DNA of 64,000 bases from Carcharhinus longimanus (taxonomy: Eukaryota), in NCBI GenBank assembly GCA_030264375.1, contig JASCQW010000112.1:31452322-31516321 (forward strand). The letters are read 5' to 3'. Both the position numbers and the translations under genes were made by a program. Positions within the stretch are counted from its first letter, which is position 1. The number at the start of each line of letters is the position of its first letter. Of this stretch, positions 28,060 through 38,574 are shown in pieces. The notes under the pieces were generated by a model. That model made no database searches and was not told where the DNA came from. It was given only the letters and a program-made list of their open reading frames with translations.

Positions 28060-29500
28060 TACAAATTAGAAGCAGGAGAAAGCCACTCGATCTGCTCTGC
28101 CATTCAATAGGATCATAGCTGATCTAATTGAAACCTCAATTCTAGATTCTGTCTACCACCAGCTCTGCCTTAAAAATATTCAAAGACTTTGCTTCTGCTG
28201 CCTTTTGAGGAAGAGACTTCCAAAGACACTCAACGCTCAAACATTTTCTCGTCATCTGTTTTAAATGAGTGACCCCCTTAATTTTAAACAGTAAGACCTC
28301 GTTCTAGATTATGGAAATATCCTTTCCATATCCACCCTGTCAAGATTCCTCAGGATCTTCTGTTTCAATCAGGTCACTTCTTAGTCTTTTAAATGCCAGC
28401 AGATACAAGTCTAGCCTCTCCAATCTTTCCTTACAAAATAACCCACCCATTCGAGATATTGGTTTAATAAACCTTCTCACCACATTTACATCCTTCCTTA
28501 AATGAGAACAATACTGTGCAAAGTATTTCAGATATAGTATCACCAATGTCCTGTATAACTGAAGCAAAACCCCCCTTATTTTTGTATTCAATTCTCCTTA
28601 CAATAAATGATTACTTTTACTAATTATTTGCTTGACCTGCACACCAATCTTGCAATTCATATTCAACATCCAGATCCCTCTCTCAAGAGCTCTGTAATTT
28701 CCCACCATTTAGAGAATATGCTTCTTTTATCTTATCAAAATGGACAATTTCATGTTTTCCCACATTATACTCCATTCGTCAGATCTTTGCCCACTCACTT
28801 CACCTATCTATATATATTCTTTGTAGCCTCCTTGAATCCATTTAACAACTTTCCTAACTATCTTTGTGTCAACAGCAAATTTAGCAAACATACCTTCAGT
28901 TCCTTCATCCAAATTATTTATTTCAATTATAAAAAGTTGAGGCCACATTACTGATCCCTGTGGCACCCCACTCATCACATCCTGCCAACCAGACAGAAAC
29001 CCACAATGCCAATTCTTTCCTATTTGCTAGTCAGTCTGTTTACCCCCTACACTATGTGCTGTTATTTTCTGCAATAAATGTTGATGTGGCACCTTATCAC
29101 AGCACATTAATTTTTCAAGTAAGTTGGTAAACAGGATTTCCCTATCACAAAGTCATGTTGACACTGCCTGATGGCATACCAAGGAGTGTCCTCACTACAA
29201 ATTAATCACATCCCATTGCACAATTCCAGGCCTAGTACAGCTGCTCTCGTTACTTTACCAATGTTTTATAATAAGCCTTCACTACTTTTATACAATATCA
29301 CTTGCAATAAAGGCCAACATTCTATTTGCCTTAGTATATAGATACAGCATGTAACAAATTAATTTGTGATTCACATACAGGGGCAGCCTTAAATAACATT
29401 CTGCTTTTCTACTCTTCCTGTCAAACTGGACACATTCATTTTCATTTTCCCATTATAAACTATCTGCCAATATTTTATCCACTTCCTCCATCTATGAGTA
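28060..29500 (-). mobile_element. CR1 LINE fragments (RT and 3' end)
   Basis: Minus-strand peptides GVPQGS, LLQLYRTLV..YLKY..QY and ERLERLDLYLL..KRLRSDLIET. Confidence 0.8.
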
Positions 29501-30644
29501 CCCCATTGTAACCTTACACAATGTGCTTTCCTAGCTATCATTGTACCATTATAAGTAACATTTAAAAAGTTTCCATATCAAGCAAAAACTTGCACTTCAG
29601 TCTACTACTAATCACTCCCACTTTTTCCCACACTAGCTCCCACTTTCTATGCCTTTTAGCTTTAACAAAGGGTCATCTGGATTCAAAATTTTAGCTCTTT
29701 TCTCTTCTTACAGATGCTACCTGACCTGCTAAGATTTTCCAGCATTTTCTCTTTTGGTTTCAGATTCCAGCATTTGCAGTAATTTTCTTTTATCCAGTTT
29801 TTTAAACTACTAATCACTACCTCATTGCATTTGAGGGTCTATGTGCAAACTGACTGGCACATTTTCCTTCACTACACAAGTCCAATCTTCACTGGCTGAA
29901 GAATATTGGCACACCTTAAGGTTGTGAAAAGCACAATTAACATCAACACACATTATTTCTTTCCTTTTGTGGAATTCAATTTTGTGGGAAATGGTCACAA
30001 GACCAAACATTTCCAAGAGAATGCTGGCAAGCAACTAGTGAGGAAAGGGTGTAAGTAACCAAGCACAAAAAGTACAGTGAAGGAAGTAGCGAGAGAGTAT
30101 TTTGCTTTAGGAGCTGTGACCAATGAGTTAGCAAAATGCTGAGTCCATTTACTTTAGAAAAGCTCAAACATCAGAAGGGGGGATTTACATCAAGAAGCAA
30201 GTATATAGATAATTTCATGTAGATAAATTCAAAAGAATCCGTGATCAAGTATATACATTACAGAAGGGTAGAAGCAGATTGGATATTAAAAAATATACTT
30301 CCTAAGAGATTGTTCACCTGTGGAACAAACTACAGACTCAGGCAAAGAGTGCAGATTTGCTGCATATCTTCAAAAGCGCTCCTCCACCAGGACGGGTGGA
30401 AATCATGGCAAAAAAAAGGTGAGATAAGTGGAACACAATTAACGCTGGGTTAGAGAAATGAAATTCTCAGCATGTTAATGTCGCTAAATTGGCAAATAAA
30501 ATTTGCCTGCACGAGATTAATGGCTGATAGGAATCAGGACACGAAATACATTATTAATTGACAGTGGAATAGAGGGGATGGGGTAAGCTGTCCGCCAGGG
30601 TTTTTTTTCCAGGTAATTTACGAAGTATGGAGCAGCAAAAAAAA

Positions 30645-30805
30645 ATGCGGGCTCGGTGGACTGGCTATGCTAAGTTGTCCCTTAGTGTCAGGAGATTAGC
30701 AGGGTAAATACGTGGGGTTACGGGGATAGGGTCTGGGTCGGATTGTAGTCGATCCTGGCTTGATAGGCTGGATGGTCTCCTTTTACACTGTAGGGATTCT
30801 ATGAC
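30645..30805 (+). mobile_element. HE1/V-SINE-like SINE, 3' half
   Basis: ggctatgctaagttgtcccttagtgtc...tacactgtagggattctatga. Confidence 0.75.
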
Positions 30806-30819
30806 CAGGCCTGGGACTT

Positions 30820-31200
30820 TCCCACGAGGCAGAAGCGCCATTCCCTTGGGCGGGCAGCCCGCTTAGGCCCTGGAATCTGAGTTCAGTGCCAACCTCGGGC
30901 GCACAGACCAGGCTCGCTCCCAGTGCTGGGGGCGGTGGGCCAGGGGACACAAGTTCACACCCTCGCCCGGTCAAGACCACCACAAACCCTTGTTCTAGAC
31001 TCTCACCGCCACACAATCAGGCCGCAGGCTCTGGGTCCATGCGAATGTGTTAACTTCACCGGAAAAGATTTTTTTTAATGATCTCGCGCATGTGTATAAC
31101 CAAGTTTACGACAGGAAGTGATGTCAGTCGCCTCATTGCCGTAAAATGTGACGGATCTGGAGCACATCGAGGATTTCTTTTCCCTCACTTGTTGCTGAGA
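30820..31200. promoter_or_regulatory. Bidirectional CpG-rich promoter of BAG5/COA8
   Basis: Local CpG enrichment. ETS/GABP sites CCGGAA (31059-31064) and CAGGAAGTG (31112-31120); TCTCGCGCATGTG at 31082-31094 (BANP/NRF1-like); GC boxes at about 30848 and 30928. Divergent genes lie on either side. Confidence 0.75.
31007..31070 (-). other. BAG5: Putative non-coding exon 1 of BAG5
   Basis: Minus-strand donor GCG|GTGAGA (GT at 31006-31005) lies in the CpG-rich region just upstream of COA8. Vertebrate BAG5 has a non-coding first exon head-to-head with COA8. The 5' end is a guess. Confidence 0.5.
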
Positions 31201-31373
31201 TGACCTGCTGTTCCCAGTATCAGTTTCTATGCCTTGGAAAGGTGCTGTGGGGAAGAGTATTATTACACTGTACTCGGGTAAAAGGAGCTGAAGCGGAGAA
31301 ATGCGCCTCGTTGACAGGAAGGTACTGTCCAATGTCGAATAGTGCCGCTGATCAGAGTGAAAATGGTGCCGAG
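31200..31373 (+). CDS. COA8: Cytochrome c oxidase assembly factor 8 (APOPT1), coding exon 1
   Basis: ATG at 31200, 58 codons, ending GAG|GTAAAC (phase 0) in frame with exon 2. The N-terminus is poorly conserved, so the start codon is less certain (another in-frame ATG at 31332). Confidence 0.75.
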
Positions 31374-31865
31374 GTAAACGAGGAAACTTTCAATCATCTT
31401 TCAGTTTCTGGGATGACGGCGGGGGGGGACACAGTAAGAAGTCTCACATCACCAGGTTAAAGTCCGACGGGTTTATTTGGTAGCAAACGCCACTAGCTTT
31501 TTGATCTTCCACAAGAGAACCCCTTGAGTTTTTGTTTGGCAAGGTTCTTGTATTCAGCATGGTGGAAAAGTTCTGGAGTTCATATTATTGGTAAATGCTT
31601 TACTAAAGTGATTGTACAACTCCTACATAGGAGGACACCTGGTATCCACTTGTACCCACGTATTCATGGAATCACAGAATCCTACAGTGCAAGAGAAGGC
31701 TATTCGGCCCATCGAGTCCGCATCGACAACAATCTCACCCAGACCCTACCCCTACTAACTATTGGTGTTTGCAACCAAATAAACCTGTTGGGCTTTAACC
31801 TGGTGTTATGAGACTTCTAACTGTATTTACCCCAGTCCAACACTGGCATCTCCACATCATAACTT

Positions 31866-32158
31866 GGGTGGCACGTTGGTTAGGATGGCTGCCTCACAGC
31901 GCCAAGGCTTTGATTCCCGACATGGGTCAACTGCCTGTGTGGAGTCTGCACGTTCTCCCTGTGTCTGTGTGGGTTTCCTCCGGGTGCTCCGGTTTCCTCC
32001 CACAGTCTGAAAGGATGCAGATTAGGTGCTTTGCCCATGCTAAATTTTCCCTCAATGTACTTAAACAGGTGCCAGAGTGTGGCAACTAAGCGATTTTCAC
32101 AGTAACTTCATTTTGTGTTAACGTAAGCCTACTTGTGACACTCTTAAATAAACTTTAA
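31866..32158 (+). mobile_element. HE1/V-SINE-like SINE with an alternative (non-CR1) tail
   Basis: Head and centre as in the other copies; tail is ttttcacagtaacttcatt...gtaagcctacttgtgaca...aataaacttt. Confidence 0.8.
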
Positions 32159-32804
32159 TACAATAAATAAACTGGCACTGTCGTTTGACTCTTATTAGCC
32201 TCTCGGATATGCCCCTTTCTACATACAATGAATAAAATATTTATATTTTCCTTCATGAACTGTGTCAACAAGAATTTGAATTATGAACCCTGATCTTTGT
32301 TGGATACTAAACAGCACTGCTACAGGAGTGGATAGCGTAGAAAAGTTGTCGTCACAGCACAACCTCATTAGTTGGCCGATTCACACACATACATCGCCAG
32401 CTCATGGTGATAAAAGCAAAATTCTGTGGATGTTGGAAGTCTGAAACAAAACAAAAAAATGTTGGATAAACTCAACAGGTTTGGCAGAACCTGGAGAGAG
32501 AAAAATAGAAGTCTATTGTATGGCAATGTATCAAATGCTTTTTGGAAATCCATGTACCTCACATCAACTTTGAAAGCAGTTTTGCAGAGTTAATAGCAAT
32601 TGTTAATACTATGTTTAAGATGTTTCAATTTTGCATAAAACAAAGAGGACAAGTAATTATCCATAATCATGGCTTGTCTAAACTCCATAAAAATTGTCAC
32701 CATTCTGCTTCCACGTGGTAACAAAACCAATTGATCTGTGATCTTCCATAAGAGAACCTCTTAATGATTTCAGCCTGAGTTGTTTGGCAAGGTTCTTGTA
32801 TTCA

Positions 32805-33121
32805 TAAGAACATAAGAAATAGGAGCAGGAGTAGGCCATCTAGCCCTTCGAGCCTGCCCCGCCATTCAGTAAGATNNNNNNNNNNNNNNNNNNNNNNNNN
32901 NNNNNNNNNNNNNNNNNNNNNNNNNNNNNNNNNNNNNNNNNNNNNNNNNNNNNNNNNNNNNNNNNNNNNNNNNNNCTCATCTTTGTGTCGTCAGCAAATT
33001 TCGTTACCCTACACTCAGCCCCCTCCCCCAGATCATATATATAAATGGTAAGTAGCTGAGGCCCCAGAACCGATCCCTGCGGCACTCCACTAGTCACCAA
33101 CCGCCAATCAGAATAGCACCC
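32805..33121 (-). mobile_element. Young CR1 insertion (contains a gap) flanked by duplicated ATTCA
   Basis: Tail taagaacataagaa; RT peptide [21 protein letters not shown]...KFADDTK; CpGs retained. ATTCA at 32800-32804 and 33122-33126. Confidence 0.85.
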
Positions 33122-33235
33122 ATTCAGCATGGTGGAAAAGTTCTGGAGTTCATACTATTGGTAAATGTTTTGCTAAAGTGACTGTGTACAACTCCTACAT
33201 AGGAGGACATCTGGTATCCACTTGTAACCACATAT

Positions 33236-33570
33236 TCATGGAATCAGAGAATCCTACAGTGCAAGAGAAGGCCATTCGGTCCATCAAGTCTGTATCGACA
33301 ACAATCTCACCCCGGCCCTGGCCCTATCCCCTTAACCCCATGCATTTACCCCAGCTAGCGCTGCTGACACTATGGGGCAATTTAGCGTGGCTAATCCACC
33401 TAAGCCGCACATCTTTGGACTGTGGGGGAAAAAACCAGAGCACCTGGAGGAGACCGACACAGACACGGGGCAAACGTACAAACTCCACACACAGACAGCG
33501 ACCCAAGTTGGGAATCGAACCTGGGTCCCTGGCACTGTGAGGCACCAGTGCTAACCACTGTGCCACTGTG
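33236..33570 (-). mobile_element. HE1/V-SINE-like SINE
   Basis: Full-length reverse copy with A/B boxes. Confidence 0.85.
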
Positions 33571-33756
33571 CTGCATATTCAAGTGTCATATATGAAGCAT
33601 CAAAGATCTGTCAATTTCCAGACAAATGTTCATGAAATATGCCTTGTGGCTGCAATGGCTTTATAGGTGTGGTCTGAAAGTCTGAACTGTTTTAACTCTA
33701 ACTTGAAGAAAACTTTTAATTTTTTAATGACCTAATCTGAAATTATTCCTTTTCAG

Positions 33757-33954
33757 ACATCACATTTTCAGCCTCCTGCAGACTCGCACCATGATTGGGT
33801 TGGCCCTCCAGATAGATTTTCAAACCTAAGACCTATAAAATTTTATTCACAAAAGAATGAATCCAAACTGGAACAGCAGCTGAGGAATTTGAGGATAAGC
33901 ACACAGAATTGGAATCAGAAATTTTGGTCTGATCAGAACATAACTTTCAACAAG
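33757..33954 (+). CDS. COA8: COA8 coding exon 2 (198 nt)
   Basis: tttcAG|...AAG|GTGGGT. Translates TSHFQPPADSHHDWVGPPDRFSNLRPIKFY...QNWNQKFWSDQNITFNK, carrying the COA8 DWIGPPDxxSNLRP motif. Confidence 0.96.
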
Positions 33955-35176
33955 GTGGGTATTATGAGCTGTTTAAGCATACACTTATTCTAGGTACTGT
34001 TTGGTAGTCTTTCTTCCCATTATTTACATAAGTTGTATGATACAGAAATAGATCATTCAGCCTGACCAGCCTATGCCAGTGTTTACGATCCACTCAACCT
34101 ACTTCCCATCTTTCCTCATTTAAATCTATTAATGTAATGCTATATTCCCATCTTTGTTCTGGATTTCAAATCTTGCTGGTTTTGGGAGGGAAAAAAAATT
34201 GGAATCTCATTCAACTAAAAGGAGACGCATAAAATGAAGTGATTGAGTTTTTTTAAATTAATGTTTGAAATATCAATACAAAATGTTAGAAAAAAAGGTA
34301 AGAAGGCTGATGCGAATGCTGTGTTGGATGCAAAGCACAAGTCAGTCAGATCGGGCCAAGCAGGTTTGGACCAAGGGTCGCTTGGAGCGCAGGAAAAGAC
34401 TGGCACAGAAAGCCAATAACTAGTCCAGTGTGCTAATGCAGCACTATCCATTTTTGGATAGCCAGATTTTAAACACTGTACCTGTACTACCTCACATTTA
34501 TCTGAATGAAATTAATTTGCTTATTGGAATGCTCAAGTGCAAGCTTATTAATGGCCCCCTGAAATATATTGCAATCTTCAGAATTAACTATTCCATCATA
34601 TGCACGCACACGCATTACTCAGGTAAATTGTGACCTGCAGTGATTCCAACATTGATTCTTGTGGAAAGTCACTTCTGTGACTCCACATTATCTACGCTTT
34701 ACTCTCTGCTTTCTGCCTTGAAACCAGTTAGTAATCCATTCTGCCACTTGTTCCCGACTCTTCATGTGATGACCTTATTCATTAGGCTATTATGAGGCAT
34801 TTTATCAATAACCTTCTGAGAGTCCAGATAAATTGCATCTACTGCATTACCATAATCTCTTTGTTACCTCATCAAAAAACCCAATAAGGTTGGTCTCGCA
34901 GGATCTTCCCTTTGGAAATCCATGCTAACTTCATATTTAATATTATATATCTTTTTTCTAGACATTCTATTCTTTCCTTTAATAGGGATTCCATTGTTTT
35001 TCCTGCCACTGGTGTTAAGCTGACTGGCTGATAGCTCTCTGGGCATATTTGACTCCCTTCTTAAATATTATTAACTATCTGTCAGTCCTCTGGCACTTCA
35101 CCCTTTTCTAACAAATTATTAAATATGTATAGAAATGCCTCTACTGTCTTGTCCCTGGATTTTTAAAACAAAGAGA

Positions 35177-35450
35177 TGCTGGTGTTGGACTGGGGTAAAC
35201 ACAGTAAGAAGTCTCACAACATGGGTTAAAGTCCAACAGGTTTATTTGGTAGCACAAGCCACTAGCTTTCGAAGCACAGCTCCTTCATCAGGTAAGTGGG
35301 TGTTCTGTTCACAAACAGGGCATAAAGACACACACTCAATTGTAGATCCCACTTACCTGATGAAGGAATAGCGCTCCAAAAGCTAATGGCTTGTGCTACC
35401 AAATAAATGTGTTGGACTTTAACCTGGTGTTGTGAGACGACTTATTGTTT
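35177..35450. mobile_element. Inverted pair of Penelope-like terminal repeats (palindromic), each with a hammerhead-like motif
   Basis: 35205-35300 is the reverse complement of 35348-35446. Both arms carry CTGATGAAGGA..GCT(T/C)C(G/A)AAA. Related copies lie at 25765-25885, 31434-31500/31755-31860, 47930-48005 and 57915-58035. Confidence 0.8.
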
Positions 35451-35646
35451 TTAAAACATACAGAGATGCCATCCATCCAAACTAGGGGTTTAGTTTATTT
35501 ATTCAATGTTTAGTTAATTAAATGCATCCTCTTTTTTATTTAAATACACTTATATCATTGTTCTTCTCATCATTCATTGTCATGTTTCGGGTTATCCTGT
35601 CTACCCCTGAATGGTCCTATTTCTATCACAGCCTTCCCTTTTTCTC

Positions 35647-35952
35647 ATAGAATCTCTACAGTGCAGAAGGAGGCCATTCAGCCCATTAAGTCTGCACGCC
35701 ACAATCCCACCCAGGCCCTATTCCCGTAACCCCACATATTTATCCTGCTAATCTCGAACATTAGGGTCAACTTAGCATGGCCAATCCACCTAATCTGCAC
35801 ATCTTTTGGATTGTGGGAGGAAACCGAAGCACCCGGAGGAAACCCATGCAGACATTTGGAGAATGTGCAAATTCCACACAAACAGTGACCTGAGACCAGA
35901 ATTGAATCCGGGTCCCTGGCGCTGTGAGGCAACGACGCTAACCACTGCTACC
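35647..35952 (-). mobile_element. HE1/V-SINE-like SINE
   Basis: Full-length reverse copy. Confidence 0.85.
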
Positions 35953-36069
35953 TTATTGTTATTGTTGCGCCAGTACAATATTTTATTATTTTGTTTTATG
36001 TTCTTTGATATCAATAGTACCCTATGATCTGAGAAATCAGTATTGTTCAGTCAAAGGACCAAAAACTGG

Positions 36070-36490
36070 AACATAGGAACAGAGGATTCAGGAGTTGGTG
36101 TCAATCATTTAGCTCTTTGAACCTGCTCTGCCATTCAAAAAAATCATGGCTGATCTGATTGTGGTCTCAACTCCACCTTCTTGGCTATCCCTACAACACT
36201 TGACTCATTTGTCTATCAAAAATCTAACTCAGCATTGAATAAACTCAATGACCAACATCCATTGCCTTTTGGTGAAGAGAATTCCACAGAATAATGACTG
36301 TCTGAGAGAAAAATAGTTCTCTTCATCTCTCTCTTCAAAGAGAGACCTTTTATTTTTAAACTGTGCCCCCTAGTTCTAGTCTCTCCCACAAGAAGAAACA
36401 ACCTCCTGGTATCCACCCTATCAAGTTCTCTTGAGATCTTGTATTTCTCAAAAACATCATCTCATTATTCTAAACTTCAATGGGCATTGT
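36070..36490 (-). mobile_element. CR1 3' fragment
   Basis: Peptide LFLLVGETRTRGHSLKIKG plus the CR1 3' UTR. Confidence 0.8.
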
Positions 36491-38574
36491 GTAGAGTATT
36501 ATAAGAAGCAAAGGACTTGATCAGACCAGTTAGAACTTGCAATTGTTCTACTTCTAAAATAATGGGGGCAATTCTCCCAGCCTGCTGCAGTGCTCTAGCG
36601 GCACAACGGGCCAGGAGACTGCAACAGAGGTCGGTTAGTTGGCTCTCCGCTGGGCGCCACATCCTCCACGCATCTCCAGCTCCAGATTTTTTGGAGTAAT
36701 CAGATCCATGCCAGAAAATGGCATGCAGCTGATGTAAATGTTGAAATCTTGAATACCCTATCATTAGCGGGCCCAGAACTGCAGTCTGTGGGCCTGCTAG
36801 TATCTCCGGCATAAACCAGTTACAGCCAAGGGATGTGTTACATTGCACTCAAATAAACTGACATTCTCTCCCTTTGAATTAAAAAAAAACTTGTAGCTTT
36901 CCTATTGTGAGTTTCAGTACCAAATGTTTAGTAAACTGACCATTCTTACATTAAGAGTAAGTGAAACTATGTTCATAATTTGCAGAACTACCTTATTATT
37001 CCCTAATTTTAAAAATGTTTTGACTGCAAGTACTTCTATTTATTCTCTGTGCCATTATATTGTCTCTCAGCAAGACATTTAGGTCCACTTATAGTGAATG
37101 GGTAACATTGTAAAATCTTTACCAACCTATTTCCGATTTTAGATGTCATTGCCAACTTTCTTTCACACCTACTTCTGTTTGTTAATTGAGCTGTCTTCTG
37201 CACTACATTAAAAATTAAAGTTATTTTAGAACAATTACAAGCTGATCTAAAATAATACATTTGCAACATATTTATGTTCATGTATTTTGATACCTCCTAT
37301 TCCTCCAAGTTCCTGGTGCTTTAGCACTGCACATAATTAACTAACTTGCTGCAATCACCATTGCAACATGACACATATCAGGAAGTAGTAAAACTGTAAA
37401 TTAATACAATTGTTTATTTTGAAGGGAATCACTTGTTGTCTCATAATTTTGCCACATTGTTTCAATGTGGATATTATGCCACTATTTCAGCAAATGGCTG
37501 CTTGTGGTCCATTAAAGAACAAAGAAATAATTTGAAGCATTAAAGCCTGAAAATTGAATTTATTACTTTGTTCTGATAAAAATTTGTGGCTTGTTTCCAA
37601 TATTGGCACCACCTAATAGTTGCTCATACCACAAAAAGTCTTAGAAATATTGATTTTATAACCTGTAAATTCATTTTACTCTGTCCGCTTCTGGGAGTGC
37701 AAATGTTTCTGCCTCATTTCATCTCCATATTCTCTTTTTGTGCAATATTAAATGGTTAAATTGCACGTACATGCAAATACAGTGTGAAGATATCTTTGAA
37801 TAACCAGTCACAAATTCCACATTTAATGATTGCAGAGCAGATATTTTTTACGAAGTTATAAATCAGTGTTACTGGGATGCTGGGACCTTCCTCCTTGACT
37901 TTACTGACAAAAATTAAATGCACCAATGACCCAAATCTTGTATTTCACCTCCCGTCTGCTGTGTACATAAGTCACTCAAGTGCTACCAAAAACAAGGACC
38001 AGCTATTGTACAACTAATTACACTCCCCAGCCTGTATCTAGGGACTCTTTGGGATACAATTTCTGAGAGTGCACCATGGGACATTCACAAGGTGTGTGCT
38101 CAAGATGGAGGAATATAATTGTGTAAGTGATCCAGTTTGGACAGTTATTTCTATGGGAAATGAGAAATTCTGAGAGAAGAATTGGGCATCTGGATCTGTG
38201 CATTTCTTTCCAACTGACACCAGAGGAAGAGACATGATTATCAGGTTTGCAATCTTTGTATCAATAGTAAATGCACAGCACGATGAGAGTGTACTGGCAT
38301 TGCACTTACCGAAGTGGGGCTCAAGTTTATTTCAATATATTTTTCACTTTTTTCTCAATGTTCTCGACTTTCCCTCACTGCTTCCAAAAAAACACTCCCA
38401 AACTGCCATCTTAGTTTAGACAGAAAAGAACACTGTACTTGATCCATTCCCTCAGCTGTTTGTATTTGCCATGGCTGGCAGCCTTTTCAAATGGGGTTTA
38501 ACAGTATACATATGATGACCTATTTTCTGTGCTGTGTGATTCTTCTTTAAGAACAAAGTGGATCTGGGGGCATC

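Larger units (their letters stand above)
31503..33330 (+). repeat. Local direct duplication (~250 bp): 31503-31753 vs 32740-32804 + 33122-33330
   Basis: gatcttcca.aagagaacc...ggcaaggttcttgtattcagcatggtggaaaagttctggagttcata...gacaacaatctcaccc occurs twice. The second copy is split by a CR1 insertion. Confidence 0.92.
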
